A stretch of DNA of 64,000 nucleotides from Gnetum montanum (taxonomy: Eukaryota > Plantae > Gnetophyta): assembly GCA_015680685.1 (NCBI GenBank), contig MNCI01000550.1, forward strand, positions 9,794 to 73,793, read 5' to 3'. This document shows positions 53,701 to 63,370 of this stretch, piece after piece. The position numbers were made by a program, and so were the translations under genes. Within the stretch, counting starts at the first letter, position 1. Every line of letters begins with the position of its first letter. A model generated the notes under the pieces. It was not told the origin of the DNA. It did not search any database and saw nothing but the letters and a program-made list of their open reading frames with translations.

Positions 53701-55324
53701 AGTGTTGTGCGCTTTAGAAAAATGCTATTGGGAATTTTAAAATCCTATTCTATTCACTGTTTGAGGTTCCAATCATAAAATGGTTTAAACTTATTTTATA
53801 GTGTTGTATTGTAGTCTTCGAGAATTCTTCGTTTTTCTCATTGGACCTTATTACATTTTACTGGTATCTCTTATATATTCATAGGTATTATGGTTAAAAA
53901 GCAAAACTTCTGAAATTTGGCTTGACCGTCGGACAAACTACACTCGAAGTTTGGCTGTAATGAGCATGGTACGTATTTGAAGTTACTTTACTTGATTCTT
54001 TAGGTGGCATTGATGTTTCAATTTAGTGGCATTGCACCTAAATAATCTACTCGTTTTCACAGGTCGGTTATCTTTTAGGGTTAGGTGATCGACACCCTAG
54101 CAATCTCATGCTTCATCGCTACAGGTTTTTAGCCATATTTAGTATGTTCAATGATTCCAATAGCTTTCTTGTTTTGGAAACTTTGAAAGCATTTTTTTTT
54201 GTGCAGTGGGAAAATTATACACATTGATTTTGGAGACTGTTTTGAAGCTTCTATGAACAGGGAAAAGTTTCCAGAGAAGGTATGTCTGTAGTTTGATTAA
54301 TGGTGAAAGAATATTTCTTAAATTATTCAACAAAAGACACTATAAGATGTCATTTTAAAGTAATAATTTTTTTGCAGGTTCCATTTAGGTTGACTCGAAT
54401 GCTTCTGAAAGCAATGGAAGTTAGTGGCATCGAGGGGAATTTTATATCAACTTGTGAAAATGTTATGCAGGTTCTTCGAACAAACAAGGACAGTGTTATG
54501 GCAATGATGGAGGTGACTACGGACAGCATTAAGTTTCAAAGCAGATCTAGCTGACCCCAAATGGATGTTACAAGCTGAAGACGACTACTAACACTTTTTG
54601 GTCTTGTTTTGTGGTTATGCACAGGCATTTGTTCATGACCCTCTTATAAACTGGAGACTTTTTAATATTAATGATGTTCCCCATATGTCGAATCTTACAA
54701 GCACCCATGTGCAGAATATGGGGAGCAGTGAAGATTTGGTCTCTGCACGAGATAATCATTCTTCCCTGCATCCTCGTGGTGCTCGTGAAAGAGAGCTTCT
54801 GCAGGTTTATTGTCTGCATTATGTTTTTCCTTGCTCTTATGTACATGTGATAGAGAGCTTAAGACGTTTTTCTTTTAAATACACATCTTCGCATTTCACT
54901 TACGACGTCACGTTGTACTGTATCTAGGCTGTTAATCAACTGGGTGATGCAAATGTTCTGAATGAAAGAGCTATGGCAGTCATGTCACGTATGAGCAATA
55001 AGTTGACTGGTCGTGATTTCCCTTCTGGTGGAAGTGCTTCTGCCACCAGCAATTCTATCCTGTACTCTACAGACCGTTCTGTTCTTAGCGTGTGTGATAC
55101 TCGTGAAGTTGATCCAGGACTGACTGTCAAATCTCAAATTCAGAAGTTGATTGCTCAAGCAACTTCTCATGAAAACTTATGCCAGAGCTATGTCGGGTAA
55201 ATTATTTATTTGACTACAATGAACAATATTTTATGTTGGTGTTTTCACGAGAATTTCAATTTAGGATCAGAAATCTCCAACGTTAGTCTTTTATGTTGTT
55301 GCTAGGTGGTGTCCTTTCTGGTGA
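761..55324 (+). CDS. TOR: Serine/threonine-protein kinase TOR (target of rapamycin), complete 57-exon gene, ~2534 aa
   Basis: Spliced exons match plant TOR throughout ([89 protein letters not shown]). Hand-traced exons: 761-1039, 1900-2238, 2348-2422, 2614-2786, 4774-4872, 5007-5166, 5330-5473, 5559-5728, 6890-7094, 7225-7425, 7574-7726, 12479-12600, 12721-12820, 13069-13164, 13405-13535, 25587-25689, 25782-25961, 26046-26138, 26245-26280, 29082-29180, 29295-29393, 29520-29682, 29809-29942, 30034-30086, 31960-32083, 32202-32387, 33321-33473, 33654-33806, 33896-33967, 34076-34210, 34298-34359, 34789-34886, 34967-35076, 35196-35369, 35445-35510, 36307-36375, 36522-36632, 36714-36854, 36948-37076, 37173-37350, 37473-37687, 37776-37982, 45395-45508, 45706-45897, 48070-48150, 48232-48306, 48412-48478, 48665-48825, 49084-49257, 49375-49503, 53885-53968, 54063-54124, 54207-54279, 54378-54512, 54625-54804, 54928-55196, 55306-55324. 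Sum is 7605 nt, phases are consistent and there are no internal stops. Confidence 0.97.
1105..1199 (+). promoter_or_regulatory. Two telo-box motifs (AAACCCTA) at the start of intron 1
   Basis: TTCTTAAACCCTAG occurs twice (motif at 1105-1112 and 1192-1199). Confidence 0.45.
8457..9855 (-). pseudogene. Inverted partial duplication of TOR (3' part of intron 8, exons 9-10, 5' part of exon 11) inside intron 11
   Basis: Reverse complement aligns with ~6190-7625, including intron sequence. Minus ORF 8724-9104 reads [23 protein letters not shown]...QGHDLLD. It carries a CGA>TGA stop and indels. Confidence 0.92.
10160..10222 (+). mobile_element. 3'-terminal remnant of an RTE-clade LINE/SINE with (GAT)n tail
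   Basis: actcatatagctgaccacatgtagttgggataagactaggatgataatgatgatg matches the RTE 3' ends at ~57555-57609 and 50061-50116 (minus). Confidence 0.65.
10424..11445. repeat. Diverged tandem duplication (~470-bp unit x2 plus a truncated third copy)
   Basis: aatgctttcagggc(a/c)gatt(c/t)tatagat starts at ~10424, ~10908 and ~10986; the long copies share downstream blocks up to ccttaaaagat. Confidence 0.85.
12479..13535 (+). CDS. TOR: TOR exons 12-15 (HEAT repeats)
   Basis: [31 protein letters not shown]...[17 protein letters not shown]; not in the ORF track in the correct frame, translated by hand. Confidence 0.93.
15090..16203 (-). mobile_element. Degenerate LTR-retrotransposon 5' fragment (LTR plus start of a gag-like ORF)
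   Basis: Minus strand starts TGTCATGACA, has LTR-like composition with TATAAAT, and is followed by hydrophilic ORF 15090-15470. No intact PBS. Confidence 0.35.
16404..17972. mobile_element. Non-autonomous Mutator-like element (MULE) with ~370-bp TIRs
   Basis: TIRs at ~16404-16775 and ~17583-17972 (termini GG(C/A)GAACTCC). 10-bp TSD GAGTCTTGAC (16394-16403) / GAGTTTTGAT (17973-17982). Confidence 0.85.
19923..20068. repeat. Tandem duplication of a ~70-bp unit
   Basis: atgtaattgacctgcc...tttgttgatctgtctgtt...ctcttggtcatga.ctagggtatg occurs twice. Confidence 0.8.
20830..25463 (+). mobile_element. Degenerate L1-clade LINE (ORF2 endonuclease/RT/zinc-finger remnants) with an extended 3' region and A-rich tail
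   Basis: Ordered motifs: [109 protein letters not shown]. Many stops and frameshifts; A-rich tail at 25432-25463. Confidence 0.88.
25587..32387 (+). CDS. TOR: TOR exons 16-26 (middle HEAT/bridge region)
   Basis: [84 protein letters not shown]. Confidence 0.93.
27195..27692 (-). mobile_element. Cluster of 2-3 degenerate Au-like tRNA-derived SINEs
   Basis: Minus strand reads agggcgag..gtaaggtt..ttcaagcctggaa..ccctcctagaaccctgcc..cccctttt (27195-27345). Similar copy at ~27560-27692 and a fragment at ~27460-27525. Family assigned from recalled Au SINE layout. Confidence 0.55.
31160..31689 (+). mobile_element. Probable Ty1/Copia-type solo LTR
   Basis: TGTTGG...AACAACA termini, internal cccacat, TATA-like cataaatag and cccgaaccacat..gtgttcttgtg; TSD not clean. 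Confidence 0.5.
32832..32837 (+). CDS. TOR: Candidate 6-nt TOR microexon (GCATCT, Ala-Ser)
   Basis: ttttcatttatcttgtgcag|GCATCT|gtaagt in phase-0 intron 26; frame preserving. Confidence 0.55.
33321..37982 (+). CDS. TOR: TOR exons 27-42 (FAT domain)
   Basis: [87 protein letters not shown]; GC donor after exon 41. Confidence 0.95.
42389..42488. repeat. Perfect 49-bp tandem duplication
   Basis: ttatcaaacataacaaagatggatcattttacctccttgcttagatgtc x2. Confidence 0.9.
42763..42789. repeat. (CT)n microsatellite
   Basis: Uninterrupted TC run. Confidence 0.9.
44360..45064 (+). mobile_element. Solo LTR (Ty3/Gypsy-like)
   Basis: Termini TGATGA...TCATCA, 5-bp TSD CAGAC/CGGAC, internal TATAAATAG (~44728), GA-rich tract and AATAAA (~44972). 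Confidence 0.8.
45395..48306 (+). CDS. TOR: TOR exons 43-46 (end of FAT plus FRB rapamycin-binding domain)
   Basis: [62 protein letters not shown]; GC donor after exon 46. Confidence 0.95.
48412..55324 (+). CDS. TOR: TOR exons 47-57 (PI3K/PI4K-like kinase domain and FATC)
   Basis: [63 protein letters not shown] stop at 55322-55324. Confidence 0.96.
50061..53011 (-). mobile_element. Near full-length degenerate RTE-clade LINE in TOR intron 50
   Basis: Minus-strand motifs [39 protein letters not shown]. 3' end has a (GAT)n tail; candidate 14-bp TSD aattctaataagac (50047-50060) / aatgctaattagac (53012-53025). Confidence 0.85.
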
Positions 55325-56369
55325 GTCCATGCAAACCGGTATTACTTATTTCCTAAGAGCAGATTGCGACATTATATTTGACATTCTGTGGCTTTATGTT
55401 GGCTACCTTCTGAGGCTGTGCTATCACACGTTGGATTCGAATGCCTGCTGTGCACATGGTAAAATTAGCTGTCCTCAAAATCATTCCTTTGTATCCATGA
55501 TTTTTGGAGTTGCAGGCCAGTGTATCAACAGAAAATATCGAATATTTCCCAGCTTGTGTAGCTCAGAGTGTGCAATCTTTGTATTTATGCATTGGTGTAA
55601 AGCAATCACCTGTTGTATATATCCAACTTTTGTATTATATAATTCTTTTTGTATATAATGAAGTCGATCATGTGGATGAGCTGTCTCGTATCTATATTGC
55701 AAGGTGCGTCCTTTTTCCATGATTGTTTGTGTGCGCGTGTTTAAAAGGGCGTCCTCGCACGTTTGAAAACAAGTAATGTCTTACAATCCAGGCTATCCAT
55801 ATTTAAATTAACAAGTATCATTTTTAAAAAATAATCTACCGAGTAATTGACAGTGAAGAGTATGGTGATTATAAATGAAGATACATGAGGTAACTGATAA
55901 TTTGTTTTTAAGTGTTTCTAAAGTTAATTATACAATTAATTTTCTTTTAACAATTGATGGGTTGTGGAATGCATTGCGATGCATATTTAACACTACAGTT
56001 CCCTAGAACTTAGGTGCATTTGAGTGTAATTCTAATTCATAAATTCGATTTTTCTTGTATTTATTTTGGAGAAAATTGAAAATTTTAGATAGCGAATAGA
56101 ATAAAAAATACAGGACGATAACGAATGAATGTTTGAACCGATTTTATGTTGAACTTTGCTATACTAAATTTGGAGGGTTTTGGAATTAAAATTTATAGCT
56201 TCATGTTATATCAACGATAAAGAGAGCTCTACAAAGATGGTAAATGGAAAAATTGCTGATAACAGTCCATTCTTATAAAAGCTGAAGGTTGGAAAGTAGC
56301 AGGAGATATGTTTTCATGATAGAGAGATGTTTAATAATTGGAGAAAAACATGTTTCACATCTAAAAAAT

Positions 56370-57609
56370 AAATGAGATGTGTAAAATTTGAGTAAATTAT
56401 AGAGGGATTAAGCTAATAAGTCATACTATAAAGCTTTGTGAGAGTCATAAAGTAGCTGGACAATTGGAGAAAAACATTGTTGTTCAGTTCTAAAAAAATA
56501 AATGAAATGCACAAAACTTGTGCAAACTACATAGAGGTCAAGCTAATGAAAGACATGGTCTTTAAGGAGTATAGTATCAGAAAATCATTTTGGATTTATA
56601 CTAGAGAGATTTACTATAGAGATTGTTTTTTTCTTGATATTACATGGAGAAATTTTAAAAATATAGAGAAAAATCAACATATGATTTTCAAGCATATCAT
56701 AGGGCTTGAGATATTATTGGGCCTTGTTGAGGAAAAATGTCCTTGATAAATATAGTGGAGTGATTCATGACGTATAAAGGAACTTTAAGATATGTACGAA
56801 GGAATTAGCATTCAAATTAAAATAGCTTGTGGAACCACATTTGAATATCTAGTTGCACTTGATTTTTCAATCACAATAGACTTACCTTAAGGGTTTGTGC
56901 TTATCCTATATACTTGTTTTTGCTTAATATAGATGAATGAACCAAGGAAATACAAAATGAAATCCTGTAGTGTATGCTATTCTAAAATGGAGAAGTGGAG
57001 ACATGTTCTAGAATTAAAAGGCTTAAAAATTAGTAGAAAATCAAATATGTGAAATTGATAAAAATATAAGATGTAGGATAAAGGTGGGATGGTCAAAATG
57101 GAAATACACTAGTGGTGTTGTATATGATGAAAGAATTTTGATAAACCTAAAGAGAGAATTTTACTAGACAACAATCATGCTTACTATCTTATATGGTGTT
57201 GAATATTGAGCAGTACAAAAGAGACATGAACAACAAATTAGTGTGGTAGAAGTGCAAATGTTTAGATGGATGTTGAATGTTTACTAGAAGAGATAAATAA
57301 TACAATAGAGACATTAGAGGAAGACTTGGAGTGATTTCTATTTTAGATAAGTTACTTGAATATCATCTTTGATGGTTTGGATATGTATAAAGAATATTAG
57401 ATAATGAACCTATAAAAAAAAGGTTGCTACATCATTATTTTAGAGAAGCCATCGAAAGGAAAACTAAAAATGATATATGAAAACATGATTGAAGATGATA
57501 TGAAAAAATTGTAAGGAAACGAAGGATCTAGGTCTATGAGGTGAATGGCGAAAAAGAACTCATGTAGCCAACCCAATTTTGTTGGGACATGGCTAGGATG
57601 ATGATGATG
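56370..57609 (+). mobile_element. 5'-truncated degenerate RTE-clade LINE downstream of TOR
   Basis: NYRGIKLISHTIKL, FGFI, LRYVR/DMYEG-like, MFRWML remnants; RTE 3' end tgtagccaaccc..gttgggacatggctaggatgatgatgatg. Confidence 0.8.
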
Positions 57610-60600
57610 TTATAGCAATGATACTTTTAGGTTGTTGATGCTCTAGTACATTTGTTCATGAGTTTTTATTTTCTGTCCTATTAGCACTACTTGTTGAGGA
57701 GATATTTTTTAATGTGACTTTTTTGATTGCTATATGGTCTGAATTCTTGGACTTGAAAACCTAGCTAGTATAATGTAGAGAGAAAATATAGGATACTTTA
57801 GTGGAACATCCTCCTCCTCCTAGTGTTGTCCTAAAAGAATGGGTTGATGAACTCACCATTTGCCTCTATAAAAAGTTAGATCCTTATTTATTTGTAGTTT
57901 TTTCATATAATCTTTAATTTTTTGGGTTTTTTTAGGGGCTTTTCTTAGATAATGATGTAGCAACCTTTGTTAATAAGTTCATTATCTAATGATGTCATTT
58001 CCATACCTTTTTTAAAATAGAATCCACTTGCACTTTTTCTCTTCTTATAATATTCAAAATGCATTTAAGCATTCATATTTATGCTACATTGATTTATTGT
58101 TCATGTCTCTTTTATACTACCCAACATCCAACACTAGATAAGATAGTAGGCTTGATTACTATCATGTACAAATTTTTGTTTAGTTTTATTGAGATTATTT
58201 TATCACATAAGATAAAATAATACTAACTTGATTCTATTTTGACTATTAAGCCTAGGACATGCTATTCAATACTTCATTTTTTAGTTGTGCCAGTCTTGCT
58301 CCTTTTGTTTTCTTTATTTGTAGGCTGATTCTCGATGCTATTTTTGAGTATCTTCTGAAATCAAAATGAGAAAATATTGATTAGAGTTGCCAATGAAAAG
58401 TAAAACCAAATTGATCAAAGTGAGGTTTTGGTGGCAAGGGTTTCAATGACAAGGATTTCAGTGTTGATCTAAGGTAGCAAGGGGTTTGACATTAATATTA
58501 TGTGCAATGCTGCCAGATTCAGTAAGTGATTCTTTAAGTAGAACCACCACTTCTTTGCCTTTTTATGAATTGCCTAATGATTTATATGAATCTATTACTC
58601 AGAAAATTTCTAGATGGTATTTTTGGTGTAAATTCCAAGTTATTTATCTTATTCCTTAAGTTTTTTTAATCATTTAAATTTAGTTTGGAAAGATCAAAGT
58701 TTGGATGCTATCCATGCATGTTTTTTGTCAAACTCATATTGTTGGTAGAATATGTTGATTTGATGATAGTTTCTAAGGCCCTTGATATCAGTGTTTTCAA
58801 TCATCATCTTGTTTTATTGATTATTTGAAAGTGGACTCCCTCTTTTAATCAAGCATCTTTTGAATTTTGAAAGATTCATTATTTTGTTGAATTGTTGAAT
58901 CTTTCATTAATTTTTGAAAAAGTTAAAAAGGGTATTATCTCTTGTATTGGGCCAATTAAGCATTTTGAATCCCTTGCTGCACCTAGTGGTTTTTGTAAAA
59001 TTCGATATATGGTTGAACTGGATCTTGATTCGCTTAAGTAAGAAATTCTTCTATGTGATAGCGGAATTGATTATGTGTAAAAGACTGTTTATTAAAATCT
59101 TCTAAAGTCATGTCACTATTGTCATTGAGAGTATCACATATTTGATTCATGTCCTTTTATGCTACCAAAAAAGGCAATGCAAGCACATCAATAAGAAGTT
59201 ACTGTAAATGCTACTAAGGTTTGTTTTGCAAATGTTATAGATCTTGCAAAAATTTTTTCTACACATTCTGCAAATTTTGGGATGATTTATTTTGCTAATA
59301 TTTCAATACTTAGCCCAACCTTTTCTTTTATTGTTGTTCAATAGAATATATCTTCAAGGAAAGTTTTGATGAAATTAGTTTTAAAAAATTCCTCAATGAC
59401 TAAGGTAATATATGTTCCTTAGGTTTCACAAAATCCTATTGTTGATTTAGATGGTGTTCAATTGGTTCATCATAATAAAAAATGTCGAGGAAGTCTATCT
59501 ATCGGTGATTACATGCCAAATCTTCAGAATAAACAACATGTTTAATATCTTTTAATTGCTAATATTTTGTTTGTTGTTATTGGTTTAGATCTGAAGATAC
59601 TATCTTTTGATATTATTGGTTCTATTAATAGGGCGGGGGCTTTCTCCCCCTCTGCCGAATGTTAATCTTTTCATGGAATGTCCAATTTTCATTTTTTTGA
59701 TCATTAAGAGAGATGCCTAAGCTATTGTAGAATTAAAATCTCAACCAATAATAGGTTTCATCAATTTTGTTTTACTTTGGTTATTAATTTATGATGTTGC
59801 AAAGTTGGGCATTGGTTAAACCTGTATCTCTCATTAGGATAATTGATGAGTGCTGAGTAGTCCCTATGTCCAACCATATAAATCACAAGCATTGTAAATG
59901 ACCTTGTTATAATTTGTGGATGGATCTAATGTGGCTTCTAGATAGTTGAGAGTTGATTGTAGGTTGTTGTCTTCCCAATTGGACTATGTGGTTTTAATGG
60001 GTATGGTTTATTCCAACATGAGATGTATGATTACATGTTGTGTGGCGTTAATATAGAAATTAAGTATTTTAATATAATAAATGATCAAAATAAGTCGTAA
60101 ACTAGCCTAAGGCAATGAGCATCTATTTCCAATTTATTGAACATGTCTTAGACTAGTGTAGTTACCATTGGGATTATGTTGCTACGCATAATAAGCAATA
60201 TTGCTATTGGGTTTCCAAGTGATTACATGCCATGCTTGAAACCAATTGTGCACATTCTACCAACTTACTAGTATGCATAAAAATGTAAACCATCAACTAA
60301 ATGCATTAAAATATAAAGAACATAAGAAAATAAATTCTTAAGAAGGTAAAATTTATCTAAGTTAGAATGCTACAATGGAGAGAATCAATTTGGATTTTTA
60401 TTATCTATCATGAAATGTAACTAGGTCAAACCACATTGTAGGCATTTATTGACTACTACTACTAGAATCATGGAAATAAACTAACAAAGTTTAGTTATAA
60501 TTATGATCAAACTATGCATTAAATGTAGTAGGTGAATAGTATTTATAGTTGATTTAATATATCACATCAGCGACATCACATGATGACATACGATATTGTA

Positions 60601-60739
60601 GTTGCAATGTCACAATTGAAAATTTCATTATTTATCATACCTCCACAATTGACTAAAAACTTGTTATTGATTTAAACAAAATTGGGATAGAGTTTGTTAC
60701 AAAAATTATGGGAGTATCCCAAATTAACTCACATTACAA

Positions 60740-61322
60740 AAGCTCATTTAAATGGAGGTTGAGCATATAGTCAATGTTCTCTAAGTGTTTGAAAGATGAT
60801 TCTTAGAAGATGCTCATGTAGGTCATCTGATGCTAAATATATCAATATGTCATCAATGAAAACAATCATAAATTAGTCTAAGTATGGCCTCATGACATTA
60901 GTCATGAGATGCATAAACATTGTCAGAGCATTAGTGAGTCCAAATGATAAAATCAGAAACTCATAATGCACATACCAAGTTCTAAAGGCTATCTTAGGAA
61001 TATCACCTTCTCTAATGCAAACATGGTGGTACCTTGACTTCAAATCTATCTTGGAGAATACTTGAGCTTCCCTCAATTAGTTAAATAGATCATTTATGCA
61101 AGGCAATAAATATCTATTCGTTACTATCACTTGATATAGTTAATGATAGTCAATGCATAACCTCATGCTTTCATCCTTCTTTTTAAGAAAGAGGATAATA
61201 GCTCCCAAAGGAGATACATTTGGACGAATCAAGCCTTTATCTAGAAGTTCCTAAAGTTGAACTTTGAGTTTTGTCAATTTAACAGGTGACATCCTATGCA
61301 AAGCTCTAGAGATAGTTTCGAT
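60740..61322 (-). mobile_element. Ty3/Gypsy (chromovirus-like) reverse transcriptase fragment, pseudogenised
   Basis: [75 protein letters not shown]. Confidence 0.9.
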
Positions 61323-61324
61323 AC

Positions 61325-61597
61325 TAATGAACCATGATATCACATCCATGATATCGTGTCCGCGATATTGGATCGACCATGCAATATTAGATACCCGATA
61401 TTGTGGCCTGCCTCCTTGCTTATAAATAAGAGGTGGCACCCTTTGTTTCCACATTAGTAGTTAGTCCCTTAGCCAAACTCTTGCCAATTTCTTCCCCCAG
61501 AGTTAGAATTATTTCTGCGTGCCTGTAGTAGGAGTCATAGAGTGAATGGATCTTTATTCGAGCATTGTGTGCCTGAGCACACTTTTTGTATGGCAAT
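61325..61597 (+). mobile_element. Older, interrupted LTR related to the adjacent Athila-type LTR
   Basis: Aligns with ~61620-61890 (gatatcg.., tataaataagagg, ccagagttagaatt, gtaggagtc.tagagtgaa, ctttattcgagca) and shows CpG decay. Confidence 0.8.
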
Positions 61598-62629
61598 TGA
61601 TGAGACGCGACTTACACTAGGCTGCGATATCGTGTACGCGATATCGCGGTCGACGCGATATCGCATCTTCTCCTGCGATATCGCGTACGCGATATCGCGT
61701 CCCGCCGCCATTTCTATAAATAAGAGGCGGCACTCCCTTCATTTCCCAATCCTGGCTAGTGTAGCGAAGCTCTAGCAGATTGATCACTCCAGAGTTAGAA
61801 TTTTTCCCCATGTGCCCGCAGTAGGAGTCCTAGAGTGAACGGCTCTTTATTCGAGCAGCTTGTAACCTGAACCCAAGTTGTGTACAGCAATAAAGATGAA
61901 CTTGCTTTATTTCCTGCTTTCCTAGTGCGTTCAAGTACGACTTGATTACGAGCGTCTACGGACGTGTACGGCTAGTCAAGGAATCGGCTGCTTGACGCAA
62001 TGCATGAGTACGACTCAATTACGAGCATTGGATGCTTGGTAACCCAGTAGCGTATTCCAGGATTCTGCGCTTGGTAACTCCCGGGTCTAATGTGTACGGC
62101 TAGTTGAGGAATCGGCTGCTCATTGCTAGGCTAGATCGTGTGATAAGTACGACTTAGTTACGAGCACCCACGGGTGTGTACGGCTGGCTAAGGAATCGGC
62201 TGCTTATCACACGTAGGCTAAATAGGTGCCTCAGTACGACCACTTCGAGCACTTGCGTTACGTGTGGCGATCCCAGTAACGATTAGCGTTTGGTAAGCTG
62301 CAGTTGCATAGTTCAGGGTGTGTCCGGTAAGTGGGAACGGATGCTGACGCTAGTTAATTTAGACTTAGATCTTAGTTAGAGTTAGCTTAGTTTCTCAACC
62401 CTTTCTCCTGGTAGCATAGAAGATAAGCCGAAAATACCAAAAAAATCACATACCTCAGACTTGCTTAACCATACACCGTGACACATACAAGCAAGCCTGG
62501 GAAGACAACGAACGATTAACCCCAAGTGTTTCTTGTGGCGTTAAGGCATTTAGTCTGCGGAGTTCGACCGGATCGCGCGTGTACGCTCGTTTCGTATGGT
62601 GGAGTGTAGGGGTACCTCGCCACTCATCA
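61598..62629 (+). mobile_element. 5' LTR of a young Athila-type Ty3/Gypsy retrotransposon
   Basis: Inverted termini TGATGAG...CTCATCA, TATAAAT (~61715), AATAAA (~61889), CpG-rich; immediately followed by a PBS. Confidence 0.88.
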
Positions 62630-62630
62630 T

Positions 62631-62648
62631 TGGCGCCGTTGCCGGGGA
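62631..62648 (+). promoter_or_regulatory. Primer-binding site complementary to tRNA-Asp
   Basis: TGGCGCCGTTGCCGGGGA one nt after the LTR end; typical of Athila-lineage elements. Confidence 0.9.
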
Positions 62649-62775
62649 CTAAGTGTTTTTTCGCCAATTTAACATAAGGGATATCACTCACATCGTTGTG
62701 AGCTTAAAACGAACCTTAGGGTTAATCAGTTAATCAAGAACAATAAATAACGGTGAAGTTAGCACACCAATAGAA

Positions 62776-63005
62776 ATGGCTTCTTCTCACGAAATCAACT
62801 CACCTAAGGACAATACAGGAGAAAGTCAGCATCATACGCATAACCGAGATCAACCATGTCCTCAACAGGCTAAAGTCACATATACTCACCCCGATGAGTA
62901 TATGCCAGATTCTACCTTTGTTTTCCATCAAGATGAGCAACTGCGGTGGAGAGACATGCAAGGTAACATTGTGTTACCCCCAGATCGCTCTGCTTCCAAC
63001 ATGCT
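62776..63005 (+). CDS. Probable N-terminus of the retrotransposon gag-region ORF (cut by assembly gap)
   Basis: ATG ~130 nt after the PBS, open frame up to the N gap; no diagnostic motif seen. Confidence 0.45.
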
Positions 63006-63370
63006 NNNNNNNNNNNNNNNNNNNNNNNNNNNNNNNNNNNNNNNNNNNNNNNNNNNNNNNNNNNNNNNNNNNNNNNNNNNNNNNNNNNNNNNNNNNNNNN
63101 NNNNNNNNNNNNNNNNNNNNNNNNNNNNNNNNNNNNNNNNNNNNNNNNNNNNNNNNNNNNNNNNNNNNNNNNNNNNNNNNNNNNNNNNNNNNNNNNNNNN
63201 NNNNNNNNNNNNNNNNNNNNNNNNNNNNNNNNNNNNNNNNNNNNNNNNNNNNNNNNNNNNNNNNNNNNNNNNNNNNNNNNNNNNNNNNNNNNNNNNNNNN
63301 NNNNNNNNNNNNNNNNNNNNNNNNNNNNNNNNNNNNNNNNNNNNNNNNNNNNNNNNNNNNNNNNNNNNNN
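63006..63370. other. Assembly gap (365 N)
   Basis: Run of N. Confidence 1.

Noticed and set aside
58500-59900. L1-like peptide scraps on the minus strand (e.g. IEFYKNH)
   Set aside because: Too degenerate, and motif order is inconsistent with a single element
61926-62347. CRISPR-like repeat/spacer appearance
   Set aside because: Eukaryotic LTR context, no cas genes; the variable segments are base-paired stems, not spacers
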